Positions 61,633-64,000 of a DNA stretch of 64,000 nucleotides are shown here, piece after piece (within the stretch, counting starts at the first letter, position 1; every line of letters starts with the position of its first letter). The stretch spans positions 7,862,275 to 7,926,274 of the forward strand of contig NC_134032.1 of assembly GCF_964204645.1 (NCBI RefSeq), given 5' to 3'. This DNA comes from Tubulanus polymorphus. Lineage: Eukaryota > Animalia > Nemertea. A model generated the notes under the pieces. The model saw only the letters and a list, made by a program, of their open reading frames with translations. It did no database searches and was not told where the DNA came from. A program made the position numbers and the translations under genes.

Positions 61633-62400
61633 CTATCGTTTAGGAATTTTGCGAGATTTTATTGGAAACGTTACGACGATTAAATGTTCTAGGCTGAGCA
61701 GTACAGTGCACCAGTTACGAGTTATCTGAAATATATAGAAAAACGGCAAAGATATTGATACAAAAATGAACCCGAAAATCCATTCATTTTTGCGAAACAC
61801 AATATTGCCTAAAATGGTGTAAATGTATACAGTTCTCAGCGGATAAATAATGAATGTAGCGATCATAAACAAAATATCGTTTATAGCGCGAATTTTGATG
61901 AGAAACTAAACATCAGATTTCATTGTTATAGAACAAACAAACAGCGTTAACGCGTTGAATGTAATAATACCCAGTACTGAAGATAACAGATAACATCCCA
62001 AGAACATTAAAACGCTGAATTTTAAAATGTAGTTAATCCGGCGTGTAAGAAATATCTGGCATGAGCAGAGGGGCAAATCACGACATGATAAGATAAAAAC
62101 CCACTATCTAAGAATTTAAAGAAGTCTAAAATCGAGAATTTATTTATTGAAACAATCTAAAATATAGGAACACGTCGTTTCGATCTCACACTAAAGATCA
62201 TCGTCAGGTGTGAACTCTAGTGTGAGATCGAAACGTCGTCTTCTTATGTTTTAGATTGTTTCAATAAATAAATTCTCGATTGTAGATTTCTTTTAATTTT
62301 TAAATAGTGGGTTTTTATCTTATCATCTGTTCACCACGTTTGAGTGTGGTTATCGTACTATAATCACGACACCTGAACACAATCTATAGTTCATTTACAT
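61633..62400 (-). pseudogene. Decayed paralog of the 38651 GPCR
   Basis: KSDV*FLIK...YPLRTVYIY...WIFG...PFFYIFQITRNWCTVLLSLEHL..TFPIKSR aligns with KDVYYLLK...YPLRTIHLY...WLFG...PFYMFQQTRNWCVILVSLERL..IFPLKSR; stop codon and insertion. Confidence 0.8.
62086..62361. mobile_element. Penelope-like inverted pseudo-LTR insertion with 10-bp TSD
   Basis: TSD AATCACGACA 62076-62085 / 62362-62371; ~105-bp inverted arms; CTGACGA...GAAAC core on minus strand 62171-62210. Confidence 0.6.
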
Positions 62401-62429
62401 ACCCACACTTTGAGTATTGTGATGTAATA

Positions 62430-63050
62430 TTTAGTAGCGCCAACAAAACAACTCTAGATAGGCTTGAACAGCTCCATTACCAGTCTGCTATCATAGTATC
62501 TGGCTGTATCACGGGTTCTAGTAGAGAAAAAGTTTTAGATGTCCTTAACTGGCAATCATTATCAAGCAGGCGCCTCGAGCGACAAAAAGTTTTCATGTAT
62601 AAATTTTCAAAATGTATGCAGCCCTCTTATGTTTTATCGCTCTTCAGTACCTACCAAAATATAGCTGAAAGAAACTTGAGAAATCAACAACCTTTTCGTA
62701 TACCCCATCGTGTACCAAGTAAGATTAAGAATTCCCCTATATTTAGACTTATGACTGTCTGGAATGACACTTGTACAGATATTCGCTCTATTCAAAACTT
62801 TTCAATTTTTAAATCTAGACTCTATAAACGACCATCACAAGTTTCCTCAATCACGACAGCCATGATTCCAAATTTAAATCGTAGAGAAGAAATGTCTCTA
62901 AATAGACTACTTTGTTCTTAATAATTGTAATAGTCTTTTTTTCTATATAGCGGTCTTTTCAATGTTAAATATTTATAACTTTGCTATTAATGTCAATTTT
63001 GACCTTAGCAAAATAACTTATTGTAAAATCTTTCCTGAAATAAAGCTATG
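62430..63050 (+). mobile_element. 3' end of a LINE (ORF2 C-terminus and UTR)
   Basis: LEQLHYQSAIIVSG...LNWQSLSSRR...FMYK...WND...FKSRL; AATAAA ~63039. Confidence 0.7.
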
Positions 63051-64000
63051 TATATATTTTTAAAAAGCGGTAATGCTGGCTCACTGCTTGTACATGCATG
63101 TACTGTTACAAGACGGTTATCAAACATTTTCAGTAGCAGTTTGAAATCTGTGGTCGTGTATAGATCCGTTTGAAAACATTCCTTAAAAGGAAGTTTCCTT
63201 CGTCGTAGAGTATGTAAAATGAAGTTTCGACAGGCAATTCAATTTGTGACTGTTTTCACATTTCATCATTTTTTGACGCCTTATAAAACGTTACCATTAT
63301 GAAACCTAAACAATGTTAACCATTCAGCGTCGTTTTACAAACGACAACCGTAAATCGATGTGCAAAACGTCACAGGTTTATGTCTACACATACAAGCTAT
63401 TGGGCAAAATATTATTGATTAAGATGTAGAATGACTCCCTGTGATTATATAGTGACCTCTATTTGAACGTCGAAATGTTATATTGCATTGAATATCTTGA
63501 GAAGACGTATTGTAATAGTAAAGGAAGTATGATTATATCAGGAGCGGCAGGCATAAATAGAAATGATAAGTAAATCGGATTATTCCGTCAAATGGTGGAT
63601 GTATACACGATGCGGAAGTCTGATATAAAAGTCAGACCCTGACGTGGGCATGCCGGTGAAATGACGAAGCTATCTACGATCTGAGTAGGGCCGGCGTGAA
63701 TTTCATCGGCGGCTGCTACAAGCGGTCTATATAAAAACGTGTAAACATATAATTTCAATATCCAAATGTTTAAGAAAATATGTTCGATATTAGGGGTATG
63801 CAGGTTTCATGAGATTAGCAATTTATAATAGCATAGCTGTCGTATACGGCTCCGCGTCCACTGATGGCATGTGTATAAGGTGACAATTCAATTCAATACT
63901 TTATTGATCCTTATTACATTGAAATTCCGGGATAAAATTCCCAAATTCAATAAAGTGACAAATTCTAAAATAAGAATATAGCTGCAAAGCAGCGATAACG

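Overview
Eukaryotic (marine-invertebrate-like, probably lophotrochozoan; species not identifiable from sequence alone) genomic DNA. 1-20.8 kb holds the last 26 exons of an intron-rich MSH6 gene on +, with HINE/Helentron-type, piggyBac-, hAT- and Kolobok-like non-autonomous elements in its introns. The rest is a nested transposon field: a near-complete Ngaro-type tyrosine-recombinase retrotransposon (21.5-29.2 kb) whose SGNH hydrolase ORF is split by a LINE; Gypsy, BEL/Pao, Harbinger, LINE, SINE and Penelope-like remnants; one intact single-exon GPCR (38.65-39.75 kb) and a decayed paralog (61.6-62.4 kb). The most unusual object is a very AT-rich 5.2-kb element (32202-37424) with Polinton-like ends (5'-AGT...ACT-3', 6-bp TSD, ~730-770-bp TIRs) but no recognisable Polinton gene. 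Its termini fold into long hairpins and its main, frameshifted ORF carries the DxDxxxD / KxYNK / RxE pattern of Rep_trans rolling-circle nickases. A second, diverged family member (43.1-47.5 kb, own 6-bp TSD, different accessory genes) has been split by a local inversion. All family assignments come from motif recognition by eye; no database search was run.
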